Below, in pieces: positions 36,930 through 48,300 of a DNA stretch of 64,000 nucleotides. Position 1 is the first letter of the stretch. Every line of letters starts with the position of its first letter. The notes beneath the pieces are model-generated. The model worked only from the letters and a program-made list of their open reading frames with translations. It was not told the origin of the DNA and did not search any database. A program made the translations under genes and the position numbers. The DNA comes from Podospora anserina (lineage: Eukaryota): contig CM030335.1 of the NCBI GenBank assembly GCA_017654855.1, positions 372,001 to 436,000 of the forward strand. The letters run 5' to 3'.

Positions 36930-37429
36930 AGGGCTGGGCATGAAGAGACACCAGGACGATGGTAGAAGGCGTCAGAACAATTGGATAATACCACCATACC
37001 TTACATACTGCACATGTACAATATTTCCTTTGTGAGTCAAAATAAACACCGAAACATCTTCAGCAAAGAGCGGATACTATTCAAAGAGCAATGACATCGT
37101 TGAACAAAGGGCCGGAGCAACTCGCGGCTATCTTGAAAATTGTCTGTTGGGCCCAATGGCCGACCAGCGATGCCAAATTTGGAGCACTTGCGTGGACGGG
37201 AGTTAGATCCAGTTTTGTATTTGTTGAGAAGCGGCCACGGGTCTGATACGGCCGAGTGGGCTGATGCCTTGCCTTCCACAAAGAGATGCTCCTAGTTTGC
37301 TCTTGCTAGGGAATCAGGAGTGGGCAGGGCAAACCCCCAGGTATTTATTGATGGCCTCTACCGCACTCAACTCTCTTCCTCATTCACAGAGCAATCAAGA
37401 CCAATCTTGCTTTGCATTCACAGTTCACC

Positions 37430-38181
37430 ATGATCTCACTCATCACCCTCATTCCCAGCGTTTTGGCGCTCTGTGGCGTATGTCCAAGGCTCACTCCCTT
37501 CTTCGTGCATTTCTGACCATGACGCAGTTTGTCCACGCCGCTCCCGCAACCCTCGGTCTAGCCCTCGACGATGTTGATGATTTCACCATTGTTCCCGTCT
37601 ACTTGGAACTTCCCATCAAGCCCGACGACCCCAACGGCGCCACGGTGACTGTCGAGGGCACCATCCAGCAGGCCATCGCCAAGATGGACACTGACTACCC
37701 CGGCTGGAACCAGACGTTCCAGGCCGGACTGGGTGATGTTAGTTACGTTAGCGCTTCGCTGGCTGCGCTAGCTGCCCTCGAAGGCCCGACATATGACTGC
37801 AAGATCAAGACCGACATGGCCAACAGCTTGGCCATCAAGTGGGGCATCCACTATCTGCGTGCCATCCCGGGCAAGGCCAAGAATGGGCCTGGACCCAAGA
37901 ACTGCGGGCGTGTTAGCTGCTCGTGGGACTCTGCTATCTATTGGTGCAATGAGGTATGTTGCCATGTTTCTCTGCTATGTGTTATGATGTCTGACAGGAG
38001 CAATACTACGCAGGATTCTTCCGGAGACAAGGAACTTTATTGGGGCCAGATTGCCGACCTGGCTCAGGGCATTCTCGACAACTGCGCGGGATTGACCAAG
38101 GTGAAGGGGCAAGGGACATACAAGGATGACAAGTGGAGCGTGGTTGTTCGTTTTCCCAAGGGCAGCGAGGGCAATTGCTAG
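37430..38181 (+). CDS. Small secreted cysteine-containing protein, 2 introns
   Basis: MISLITLIPSVLALCG|FVHA signal peptide; GPGPKNCGRVSCSWDSAIYWCN motif typical of a fungal secreted family. Confidence 0.8.
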
Positions 38182-38874
38182 TCGAGGTTATCGCTGCCCT
38201 CAAGACACACAAGATATGGGATTTGGCGATGATCTGTGATCCGCGGTTGGTAGTCTGAAATAAAATGATTTCAGAGCTGAACTTCTGCCGCAAAACTATG
38301 GACTATTTGATAAGGATGTTTAAACCGCAACCGTAATAAGGAAGAGGGTTAAACGCGATGTTTTGGTGCGTGAAAGTTGGGTGAACGACACACGGTGTAC
38401 CCGGGCTAGCGACAGAGTGCGTGCATATATCAACGGCATCTTCAACGTTGCAAAGTGAGCTTGGTTAGTAAAGGGCTTATATATCTACCAACCCTTCTGC
38501 AATTGCACCTTCTGAACAACCAGATTGCGGCTTTCGGTGGTCGCCTTCGCTGTCGCTCTTTCTAAATAGCCCCCCGGCCACACCTAGTCGACTCACACAA
38601 CCGCAAATACGGTCGCGTTCTCTACCTACTTACGACAACCACCGAACACGGTCTTCTCACACAACCAAGGGACGTGTCTGGTCACCTGGCTCAGGCCCTG
38701 CCAGCTAAATTACACGCCTGATCTTTTTTCTCAGAGCACCTCACAAGATAACGTGAACCACCTCACGAAAACACCTTAACACCTTACAAGATAAGTTGAA
38801 CACCTCGCAAGATAACCTGAACCCCTCGTCTTACATGTTCAACCCCTAGTTATTTCCCGACCACACCTCGCAAG

Positions 38875-39806
38875 ATGTCTCACAACGACCACCGCGTGGA
38901 GGCGTTCACCAAGACCTTCGAATCGGCCATCGAGGCGGCGATTTCGAAGCAGTTCACCGACCTCGTCTCGGCCGAGTTCCGCCGCATGAACAACGATCAG
39001 GAAGCCGAAATTCAGCGACTCGAGGAGAAATTCCAACAAGAGAAGTCGCGGTTTCTGACTATTGCCAAGGCCGCCGCCGGCGGCAAAATTAGCCAGGACA
39101 AGCTCGAGGTTCTCGCGGACAGGCTTTTGAGAAGGAAGGAAGGGAGTCGTCGTTGGGTGCTGTTCCAAGGCGGAGGAGGAGGAGGAGGAGGAGAAGGAGG
39201 AGGAGGTGGTGGTGGTGGTGGTGCCACCTGGTTCTTCGGTTCCGGCCCCGACCCCGGGGGCCCAAAGTCATCGCCAAACGGTCTAGGACCCAGCCCGAGT
39301 TTGACCCTGCGGCTGGTGGGAGCAGCAAGAGAGCTCATGTGGGCTTTGCGGCCGAGCGCGCCGGTCATGCGTTCGGAGACGAATCCCCCGCGCTGGCAGG
39401 CGTTGGTCGTGCCGTGCGCAAGCGGGTCGAGATCAAGAATCGCGACGTGTCCGACTGGGAGTCGGAGGGGCAGGACGATATTTTTGAGGATCTGGAACTT
39501 GGGATTGGGTGGATTGTGTTGAGGTGTGATTTGGGGGCTGATATGGCTCCTGTTAAGTTTACAGAGGATCCGTTCGCTGTGCCGGGGCGGCTGGCGGAGA
39601 GGCATTTTGATGGGTTTGAGAAGTGTGTTAAACATGATCACCGGCGGGTTTATACCAATGAGGATAGTTTGAGGGAGTTTGGGCATCGAGGTGAGGGCTT
39701 TGGAAGGGGTGGACACGTTCGACGCATGCTAACATACTTTTGTGGTGTAGTGGTTGATGCCGGGGGCTCCGCACCGAGTCTGGAGTGGGTGTTGGCTGCT
39801 AACTGA
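38875..39806 (+). pseudogene. Frameshifted coiled-coil hypothetical gene
   Basis: Protein-like sequence passes through three frames (MSHNDHRV..., KAEEEEEKEEEVVVVVPPG..., PKVIAKRSRT...) across a (GGA)n(GGT)n tract and a G run. Confidence 0.5.
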
Positions 39807-39849
39807 CGATTTGCGACGGAAGTGTTTAGGCGTAGTTAGCGGTCTCGGA

Positions 39850-40345
39850 GGGGTTCGTCGTCAGCGTATGGCGCTTATTAATAGGTGTGTAAGAGGAAGC
39901 TGGAGGTGTGGGAAGATAGTGGAAGGCGTTTAATTTATCATTGGTAGGCCTTGGAATGTAATTGACACGCCTTGAAATGATGGTAGAAGGCCTCAAACTA
40001 TGATTTATAGGCCCTGGCATGATACGAGAAGGCCTCAAGTTACCATTCGGAGGCCTTGAACTGATAGTTCAAGGCGTTGAACTATTATCGAGGGGTATTG
40101 ACTTGAGTTATCTTGTTGTTTGGAGGTTTTGGCTTGGACTTGTTATGTGTTTGGAAGTTATTGAAGGGGGTCTTAGCTATGGATGTTAGGCCTATTTGGG
40201 AGTTGACAATGTGCTGGAGGTTTTCTTTCAGGCGTTGAGATACTTTATGTAGGCTAGTTGTATTCTGATAATGGGAGTGATTGACGGTCTTGTTACGGCA
40301 TTTTGAGGCTAGCATACGTCTCGAGTGTTTGAGATTCTGTGACAT
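39850..40345 (-). pseudogene. RIP-inactivated gene with 21-nt (heptad) repeats
   Basis: ORF MSQNLK...NTPR* continues in frame as **FNALNYQFKASEW*LEAFSYHARAYKS*FEAFYHHFKA; stops are TAA/TAG at likely Gln codons. The 3' end is approximate. Confidence 0.6.
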
Positions 40346-40669
40346 GATAGGGCATGAACTTTGGAAGATAAATGATATACATGAAGCTATGCAGACAGTA
40401 TGTAAGGTTGATAGCTTTGATGCAGTGATTTTATGCTGCTGGTATCACGAATGAAAACACTCTGCTCTGAACCAGACCCTAACCCTCTGCGAGTGAGCAT
40501 AGGCCAGAGTACTTCCAAGTTGTCACAATTTACGTAGGCTAGGAAGTAGATTTCACGCGATTCCGCGTCTGCGTCTCAAAAGGATTTGAGGCACAGAGCG
40601 GGCCGAAGGGCGGGCGGACCTGTAGAACTAAGAGGAATCATCGAAAATACAATGAACTTGAGATTGGGC

Positions 40670-41235
40670 CATTTGCCACCATTCGCAGCGTACATGACAA
40701 GCCAGCTCTTCCCCAGCTCGTTCTACACGCCTACAACTCGACGCCAAGCGGATAGCTTCCGAACCTCTGGAATAACCGCGCCCTTTACCCCATCCCCACG
40801 ACCTTGGCAGTGGAGTATCTCTTTGCCCGTTTTGCCTGGACCATTTTAAGCCCCCATGTCTTCGATGCGTCTCTCTCCTCGACGTTTGTGCCGAGGCGCC
40901 TGCTTCTCTGGAGTTGCGAGAGGGGTGAATGGGAGACCGAAGAGGCTAGTCCTGAGTTGTGCGGGCAGATCTGGAAGAATTCTAGGTCGCGCTCCCCTAG
41001 GAAGAGAAGCACACCGGGGTCCGACGATCCCACTGATGAGATACTAGGAATGGAAAGCCTCAATCCACGTGATAGCGGCTATTTTGGAAGAGATACCTTG
41101 AAGAATGATGGCTGCTATGATATTGACGAGTTCGGCTATTCTAAGCAATATGAGGAGGAGCGTTTGGGGCGGCCACGGAAGCGGAAGCGTGGCTCGAGGC
41201 GCGTATCGATGTTGAGGACCCATTTGCTACAGTAG
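40670..41235 (+). pseudogene. C-terminal relic of a fungal HNH-endonuclease-family gene
   Basis: LVLHAYNSTPSG*LPNLWNNRAL...AVEYLFARFAWTIL followed by SRSRSPRKR, the typical tail of fungal HNH proteins; in-frame TAG, 5' part absent. Confidence 0.6.
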
Positions 41236-41745
41236 TCTAAGAGCTTGGCAACTAAGAGATGCGATCCAGACTCACTTTTTAGGACCAGCCTTGTCTACCA
41301 GAGCTTTCAAATATCAGACAACCTTTTACCCAGAGACATGACAATCTGATGAATTCACCAATTTTTAGATCAATCCTGGGTACTTCGACAACTCGAGGTA
41401 CTCTTGTCGCGACTCCAGGATCAATTGGATAGCTTTGACCGTGGTCGTCATCGTGTTCTCTCCAGTCAAGGGAAATATCTTACCGCTTTTGGACTTGGGT
41501 GGGGGGTGTGGTTAGTTAGTCTGTGCCACCCTACTCCCCTGTTGATAGTTGATTTCAGCTTTGGAAGTCCTTGATTTCGGAGTGTCCAAATTAACTACGT
41601 TTCAAATCAGAAAAGTCTGGAAATTAAAACAACGTTTCGATTATTATATAAGACAACATACTGCTGTTTATAGGTACCTAAGCACTCTCCCTATTTTATA
41701 ATTGCCTCTAGGTTCTTTATCACTTCTTATCAACAATTAGCACTC

Positions 41746-42085
41746 ATGGCGGCATACATACCTAGTTCCTTGGCATCAGCTGCCGCTCTCGCGGGCTTAA
41801 TTACTGCCGTTAAATCATCATGGGAGTTATCTCGTATGATAAAGAAGAAATACGAGCACCATGTGTTGAAAGATTAAGCAAATGAGATTAATATTAGGTT
41901 GCGCAGGGCTTTGTGGACCGGCAGAATTTCCCATCAAAACTATAACTTCTGGAAGAAAAAGGTTTTAATGGCAGTCTGGGAACAGGACCGTAGGTTAACA
42001 CACCCAGGAATCCAAACCCATCTACTTACCACAGTATCTAGGTGCTACTCTACTTGACATTAAGTCGTACTTACGCTGGGACTAA
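41746..42085 (+). pseudogene. Small helical-protein gene with a premature stop
   Basis: MAAYIPSSLASAAALAGLITAVKSSWELSRMIKK...KD*ANEINIRL..., one GT-AG intron, ends LRWD*; AT/TpA-rich context. Confidence 0.5.
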
Positions 42086-43545
42086 ATCGGATGGCAATAA
42101 GTTTTGGTTGTGAGTAGATAGGTACTATATACTCTTAGGTTAAATGAATCTATGTCAGGGGTCTAGCTCGATAGAAGCCTTTAAAGCGCCTTCATACATG
42201 CTCCCTCGAAAAGAGAAATTGACAGCTAGAAACTTTCGTTTTGTCGCTCGTGTATTATATAATGGGCACCGCTTATATCCCGTTTTCTCCCAACGAATTA
42301 GACATGGACCACATAGCATATGACCTTTAAGTACCTATTAGCGAGTGCGTGCCTAGAATCGCCTTCAATACTTACTACATCTTGATGTAAACATCTTGTT
42401 TCCAATTACGTATCCCTCAAAGCAGACAGAGCAGTCTGTAGCATAAAGACGCAGTGATGTCTGGCTACATACTATGCCCTGAGGAGAAGTGTGAGGCAGA
42501 TTATGACATGAATGATAAGTGAGACATCCACAAGAAATACACACCATGATCTTGCCAATCTAGGTGCTGCTCTGGATGACAGCTGAGTAGATATAACAGT
42601 TATGAACTTCGTCATCGGTGAGGTCGATGCTAGCCTTGAATGGTATATGGTTGACCGACAGTTGATGGTCGTCTTCCTCGGTAAGATCGATAACTTGCCG
42701 GGCTTGTGGTTGGGAATGCGAGGGCATGGTTGAGGGTGACTTGACAAGTCGGCTGTTATGTATCTGTGCGAGTCAAGATTTCCTGGCTCTCGGGGAGGAA
42801 GGAGAGGGGGGGTGACCGTTCTTATACTTTCTCAGTCACAAACCTGACCATCAGGCTTGATCCTTTCGCTATACCCGAATAAAAAACCGCCGTCTACTAC
42901 TTGAGAGATTATCACGGGCTAAGGTTGAGCTGGATTCTTTCCTCGGATATTCATACGTTGAAATAGGTGAATGTCACGGCTTTGTTACGCTAAGCGCCTC
43001 GTCCCAGGTAACAACGACATTGTTTAACGCATACTACCTATACATGATCAGAAGCACTTCCGAGTACATTGTACCCTCCTTGCGGACAACTTACCCCTCG
43101 CTGCCCCTCGCTGTATCATCACGCGCTCTCCGGAGGAAGTTTCACGTACAGGAAAGACTGTCATCGAATCATCCGGCTGTTATCATCAGCTGCAAGGTAA
43201 TCACATCGGGGCCTAAAGCTGGGACTGTCAGCAGGTTCTTCCGTCTCCCCGCTTGCCACCCCAGATTGGACTCTTAGAGGATGAGAAGGACAGTGCGATG
43301 GCGGGTATAAGAATCCGTGCGCCCTCTGTCACTCCTGCTCTGCTCCTCTTCATCTTCCTCTCTCTTCGTCTGACTTCGTCTCTCTGTGTCTTCATCATAT
43401 CTCACCGTCCGTTTATCGTCGGTTGTGATCTCCTCCTTTCTTATCGATAGGTACTCTTGAATTCTTGTCGTCTGCTTCCTGCTGTCGTACTTTATTCTCG
43501 ACTGCCAGTATCAAGTTTTCCTCGCCCATCATTGTTATCAGCACC

Positions 43546-45149
43546 ATGGCCAGCCCTTCGACTCTCCCACCGTGTATTTCTCCGCTTTCTAACAGCCAAG
43601 GCCTCCCAACAGAGTCTCACGAACCTACGGACATTGATCCTCAATTCTCCGCAACGCTTGGCTTGAGCACCTCCACCCCCACTTCTCAACCTACCCAAGT
43701 CATCTCTGATGGTGCAATGGAGTCCATGCTGCCTTTCGATGCGATCATGGCTTCTGAGCTCGATCTGCTGAACGAGATAGACTTGGCCATCAATCTCGCG
43801 TCTCAGGACCCTAAGCTGCTTGAAGAACTGGCTGAACTCTTTCGGTTCGAGGAAACCCAGTCGATGAACCAGACTGTCACTCCCATTGAGGTAAACGCCT
43901 CGGACGGTGGTGCCTTTCCTGTTCAACACACCGTGTCGAGCGGCTCAGTGCATGCGCCTCGAAACGACCCAGAGCCCTGCACTACTGGGAGTGAAAGGGC
44001 ACCAACCCTTGATTTGGATGTTTGGGATAGTCTCTGGGCGCCCAGTTTCTCTTTCACGACAGAGGGCCCGTGCCCTAGTCTCCAATTCCATGATGTAGGA
44101 AGCGCCAACGTCGACATATTTACACCCTGCCTCACTCTGGCTGAAGATACCCTGTCACCCTTTCCCGTTCACAAGCGACAGCTCAGCTGGCTGAGATGGA
44201 TCCCATTCCTCCGTTTGCGGTAAACGTCGTCATGGGCAGCCAACACGACACCGCAGTCCATGAGACTGACCAGGTATCCATCCACATCAGCTCACAGCCC
44301 AAACAGTCGCCCGTTACATCTAATGATAATAGCGGAGTCGATGCGACAATATCCAAAACTGGCGTCAGCGATGTCAATATGAACGCAACCCAGGCGTCGT
44401 CACTGGAAGTGAAGCGGGAAGATGAGGACTCCGCAGATCCAGTTCTGCTGGCATCTAAGTATGACGCTTGGGAATGCAATTCATATGCCATCACGGACAA
44501 CCATGCAACCACCCTCTCTCGGGAGAAGTTGAAAAAGAGGAAGACCGATCTCGACCTCGAAGCCAGCGACCCGCTCCCACAAAAGCGACCATGCATCAGA
44601 ACAACCTCGGAGGCCATGGCTCCTCCTGAAAATGCATCAGACGTGAGAAGGGAGGCAGATGTCGACACGCATAACAGCGAATCTCATGACGACACTCATG
44701 TACTCAATACAAAGAGGCCTCGCACCCAAAAGCGCCGATACCGCAGCGCGTTGCGCAATAGCGAGGAACCAAAGTTCGTCACACTCAGCGATACTGTTGG
44801 GTCAGATGGATATATCAAGGACTCATTTCCTCTACATATTCACAGTCTGGACATGCACCCTGACCCGACCGACACTTTCATGCTCCAGTACCGCTGGGAT
44901 CGTCGGCAGAAGCTTTGGGTGACCGATGCAACGGGCACCGAGAGTCTACCTCAACATATCCTTCCTGCCCCCACGATAACGGCAGACCAAGTGCTTAGCT
45001 TGGTGGCGGCCGTCCCCGCATTGTTCGATATTTATCTTCGGGTTGGCTATAGCACGAATTTCGTCATGTCATGGGACGACTCCGAGAGCTGTTTCATCAT
45101 AGATGATCCTATTGTGTGGTGTCTTTCAGTCGTTCGTGGGGATGTGTGA
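43546..45149 (+). CDS. Hypothetical cargo protein (two ORFs probably joined by an intron at about 44095-44186)
   Basis: Overlapping long ORFs 43465-44223 and 44196-45149; a phase-0 GTAGGA...TCAG intron would join them; low-complexity sequence with basic NLS-like patches. Confidence 0.5.
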
Positions 45150-46118
45150 CTGAGAACAAAGTGGGGTGATCAAACAGCAAATGGTTGGTTGGTTCAAAGC
45201 CGGGCTGCAGTCAGCGGTTGCCGGTTGCGGTTGGAAATAGTGGGTCTAAGCGCATCAACCAATCGTGCAGTCAATGGAAGGTCAAAACGGAGCCTCTTCG
45301 GGCTCAATCCCAAGAAGGAATCCTGCTGCCTCGAGAGGTAAAGCGGCATCACGACCCGCGATTCCGACACTTTGCTCCAAGGGTGTGTTGCTTTATTAGA
45401 TGTCGGTACCTTACCATCGGTGACCCAGCGATGATTGGGATGGTTTACCGGAGGACTGGAGTTACAACCCTAGAGCTGTCCGTCTTAGTGTCGGGCCTGC
45501 TTGGCCTCGGTACACCCGCTCGAAGCGAGCGCCACGTAAACTCCTACCCCGGTTTACCGACTGATCAAAAACCCCGACCCCGGAATTCTTATGCAATGCC
45601 CACGTGCATAAACTTTTTATCCCTGCTCGGGCCGTGTTCCGACTTACTTAGTACCGCGGACTGCGGACGATAAGATTTAGAGTCGATGTGACTGCTGCCG
45701 TGGTGGAGTGATGCTCGGCTCCAAACTGCTGGCCGTACCGCGCTAGATAAACAAATCAGGTCAGTAGTTTAGGCAGCCGAGTAATGGCCAATGATTAGCT
45801 GTTGTGAATCTCTGTGCCCAGCATCGGTAAAGACTAGATGGTACGCTGTACACACTACGATCTGGGAGCCTCCACCAGTGGACCGGCGGGCTGGTTGAGA
45901 ATGTCGTTGTCGTTGATGGCGTACCCATATTGGGTGAGTAGTCTTAAACTTCTGATATCGAAGTACCTTGGCATGGAGAGAGTATAAAGTCGTCGTGCTC
46001 TGCCACTGTCTTTGCTATCAACTCTTCAGCACCAGCTTCCTCCGCTTCATCAACTTCCGACTTCATTCTACCCTACCTACCTACCATCCACTCAACCCTC
46101 AACACCACCGCAGCCAAC

Positions 46119-46673
46119 ATGTTCGGCCTCAAGTTCACCCTGACGTCCCTCCTCGTCAGCGCTTCCCTTGTCAGCACCGCCGCGGCTCAGGCAGCGTACC
46201 TTTCACACCCCTATGTCAAGTACTGCGATGGAGTCGACCTGGGAGGACCTTGCGAAGTGATCTCGGAGGCAGAAATTGGGAGATGCTACAGTATTCCCTC
46301 ACACATGAACGACAAGGTAAAATGATCCGGCGCCCATGAAAGAACTCTCACGGTCTCAGTCTGGAAATGCTGACGATATACCTACCTACAGCTCAGCAGT
46401 TATGTGGTCGAGAACGGCGAATGCGAGTTTTACAGACACGCCAACTGCCAGGAAAGGCTCTGGACGGCCAGAGACCGCTCTCACATGAGCGTCACGACCT
46501 CAGGCCACAACAATGCGGTCTCATCCATCAAGTGCACAAAGGGCTGCTGCAACCAGAAATATTTTGACCGATGCTACATTCCGTGCAGTTTGGGGTGCAG
46601 AGGTAGTGCCATCGACCCGTGGTGCAACTACAACTGCTCCAAGGACTGCTGCCCTAGTGGCGATTACTGCTAA
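46119..46673 (+). CDS. Small secreted Cys-rich protein with beta/gamma-crystallin-like domain
   Basis: Signal peptide, intron 46317-46391, Greek-key signatures NDKLSSY and NNAVSSIKC, Cys-rich C-terminal extension. Confidence 0.8.
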
Positions 46674-47912
46674 GGGGCAAGTCCCGCTCACAGGGGTTGA
46701 CTTTGACGGCAGAGGGAGAACGGCGGATAGGGCCGAGGTGCGAGGTTTTGAAATCTTGGACATACAGACTAGGTATTTAATACAACATCATTGATATCGG
46801 CCTCTTTGTTCCAAGTCACTCACTGGACCATTCATCTCGGATGTGTATGCAATATTACATTTTGGAGATGTGAAAAACTTGTCGCAATGACTCTTGTAAC
46901 AATCATCTTCATACTCTTTGCTAAAAAATACTTGATGTCGGCACAAATGCTGGGATCTCAGGACGGCACAGGTGGTGGGGCCGAGCGGACCCGGAGCTGA
47001 CCCGGGTTGTGGGGCCGGGGCCGGAGTGAGTTTGGAGCACCGGTGGGCAAGCTTCTGGAAGCTCATGAGATGACCCCGGACCAACTATTTGAAGTCTTTC
47101 TTACCAACTCACACACCCGACTACATCACCTTATGTAAATGCCAGTTTGACTCCCACTCTACCGACGACTGCGTTTTCTCCTTCTGCCTCTATTCGCTTA
47201 AATGTTCGTGCCTCTCTTCTGAGTCGCGCTTTCTACCAAGAATAGACTTGCTTTTCGTTGTGGCCTCGTCTGCTTCCCTGGCCTCATGTGGCCCCTTAAA
47301 AAGATTGTAAAGCTGAGGCCGAAGGGCAGCAAGCCATCGCAACGCCCATTTAGGCGGCGAAAAACATTTGCCGCTTGAGTAGTTGAATGTTAGCCCTCTA
47401 CAAGAGCGGTTTCCGCCAGGCCCCTCGGCTCACCCAACGCAAAATCCTCGTTGGTATAGTTCTTATTATGAAAGAAACCCTAGACCGGGAGGCTGTATGA
47501 TGGTATACGTGGAAACGGAAAACGGGTGGTGCGATAAACCCACTTTATCGGATCAGACGGACGCGGTTCTCTGCGAGGCAATGATGGTCCCTGCGGCGTA
47601 TGCAGCGCTGAATTGGAAGCACAACAACGCTTTTGGATGACTCAGCAGGGAGGTCACGTGTATTTAGCTTGAGCCGTAATCGTGGCCTTTCTTTCTCACT
47701 CTTCTGAAATTATCACCAGTTTTCATCCATAATCATGGCACATTCATTCATAGGCATGAGACTATAATATATGCGTTATAATCACGAGGCGGAAGATATA
47801 ATGTATATAACAGAAAATTGCTATAGGTCCATATCTCGATCAAAGACATGTAGCTTTAAAAGATTTTTCGAGTTCGGTAACGACCCTCTCGCCGGGGCAT
47901 TATTATAATAAT

Positions 47913-48115
47913 TGTCACGAAGTGGCCAAACGAGAGGCAATGCTGCAAAGCTATACTCAATTGACGAAATACTAAGCTAAAGAAGAGAAAAAGGAAAGGA
48001 AGGCTTTGCCTGGCCTGGCCTGCAAGGCATTTAAGGTGCAAGGCTGCAAGGCTCGGTGGGGCAGGGCAGGTGAATGATAAGATAAGGTCAGGGTGCCAGT
48101 GCCAGTGCCATGACA
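47913..48115 (-). repeat. 3' LTR (203 bp) of a Ty3/gypsy element
   Basis: TGTCA...TGACA termini; polypurine tract (G run on the minus strand, about 48116-48131) directly upstream. Confidence 0.85.
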
Positions 48116-48300
48116 TCACCCCCCCCCCCGCAAAGAAGCTCGCGTTCCGAGTAAGCGAGCGCTGCTGTAAAAAAAAGAATTTGCTGCTTCGAAGACTTGA
48201 ACTTGTGCCTTTCCGACATACTTTTCCTCCCAACTCCGACAAGTGTGCATCAACCTGCATCAACTTGCATAAGACTTGTTCTGACCTGCATAATCCTTCA

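Noticed and set aside
39924..40095. CRISPR-like repeat-spacer array
   Set aside because: Eukaryotic DNA, only about 6 nt conserved per unit, and the 21-nt period is explained by a coding heptad repeat.
42450..42735. Protein-like fragment on the + strand with TGA stops (also 46900-47640 on the - strand)
   Set aside because: Probably cargo relics, but too short and degraded to assign.
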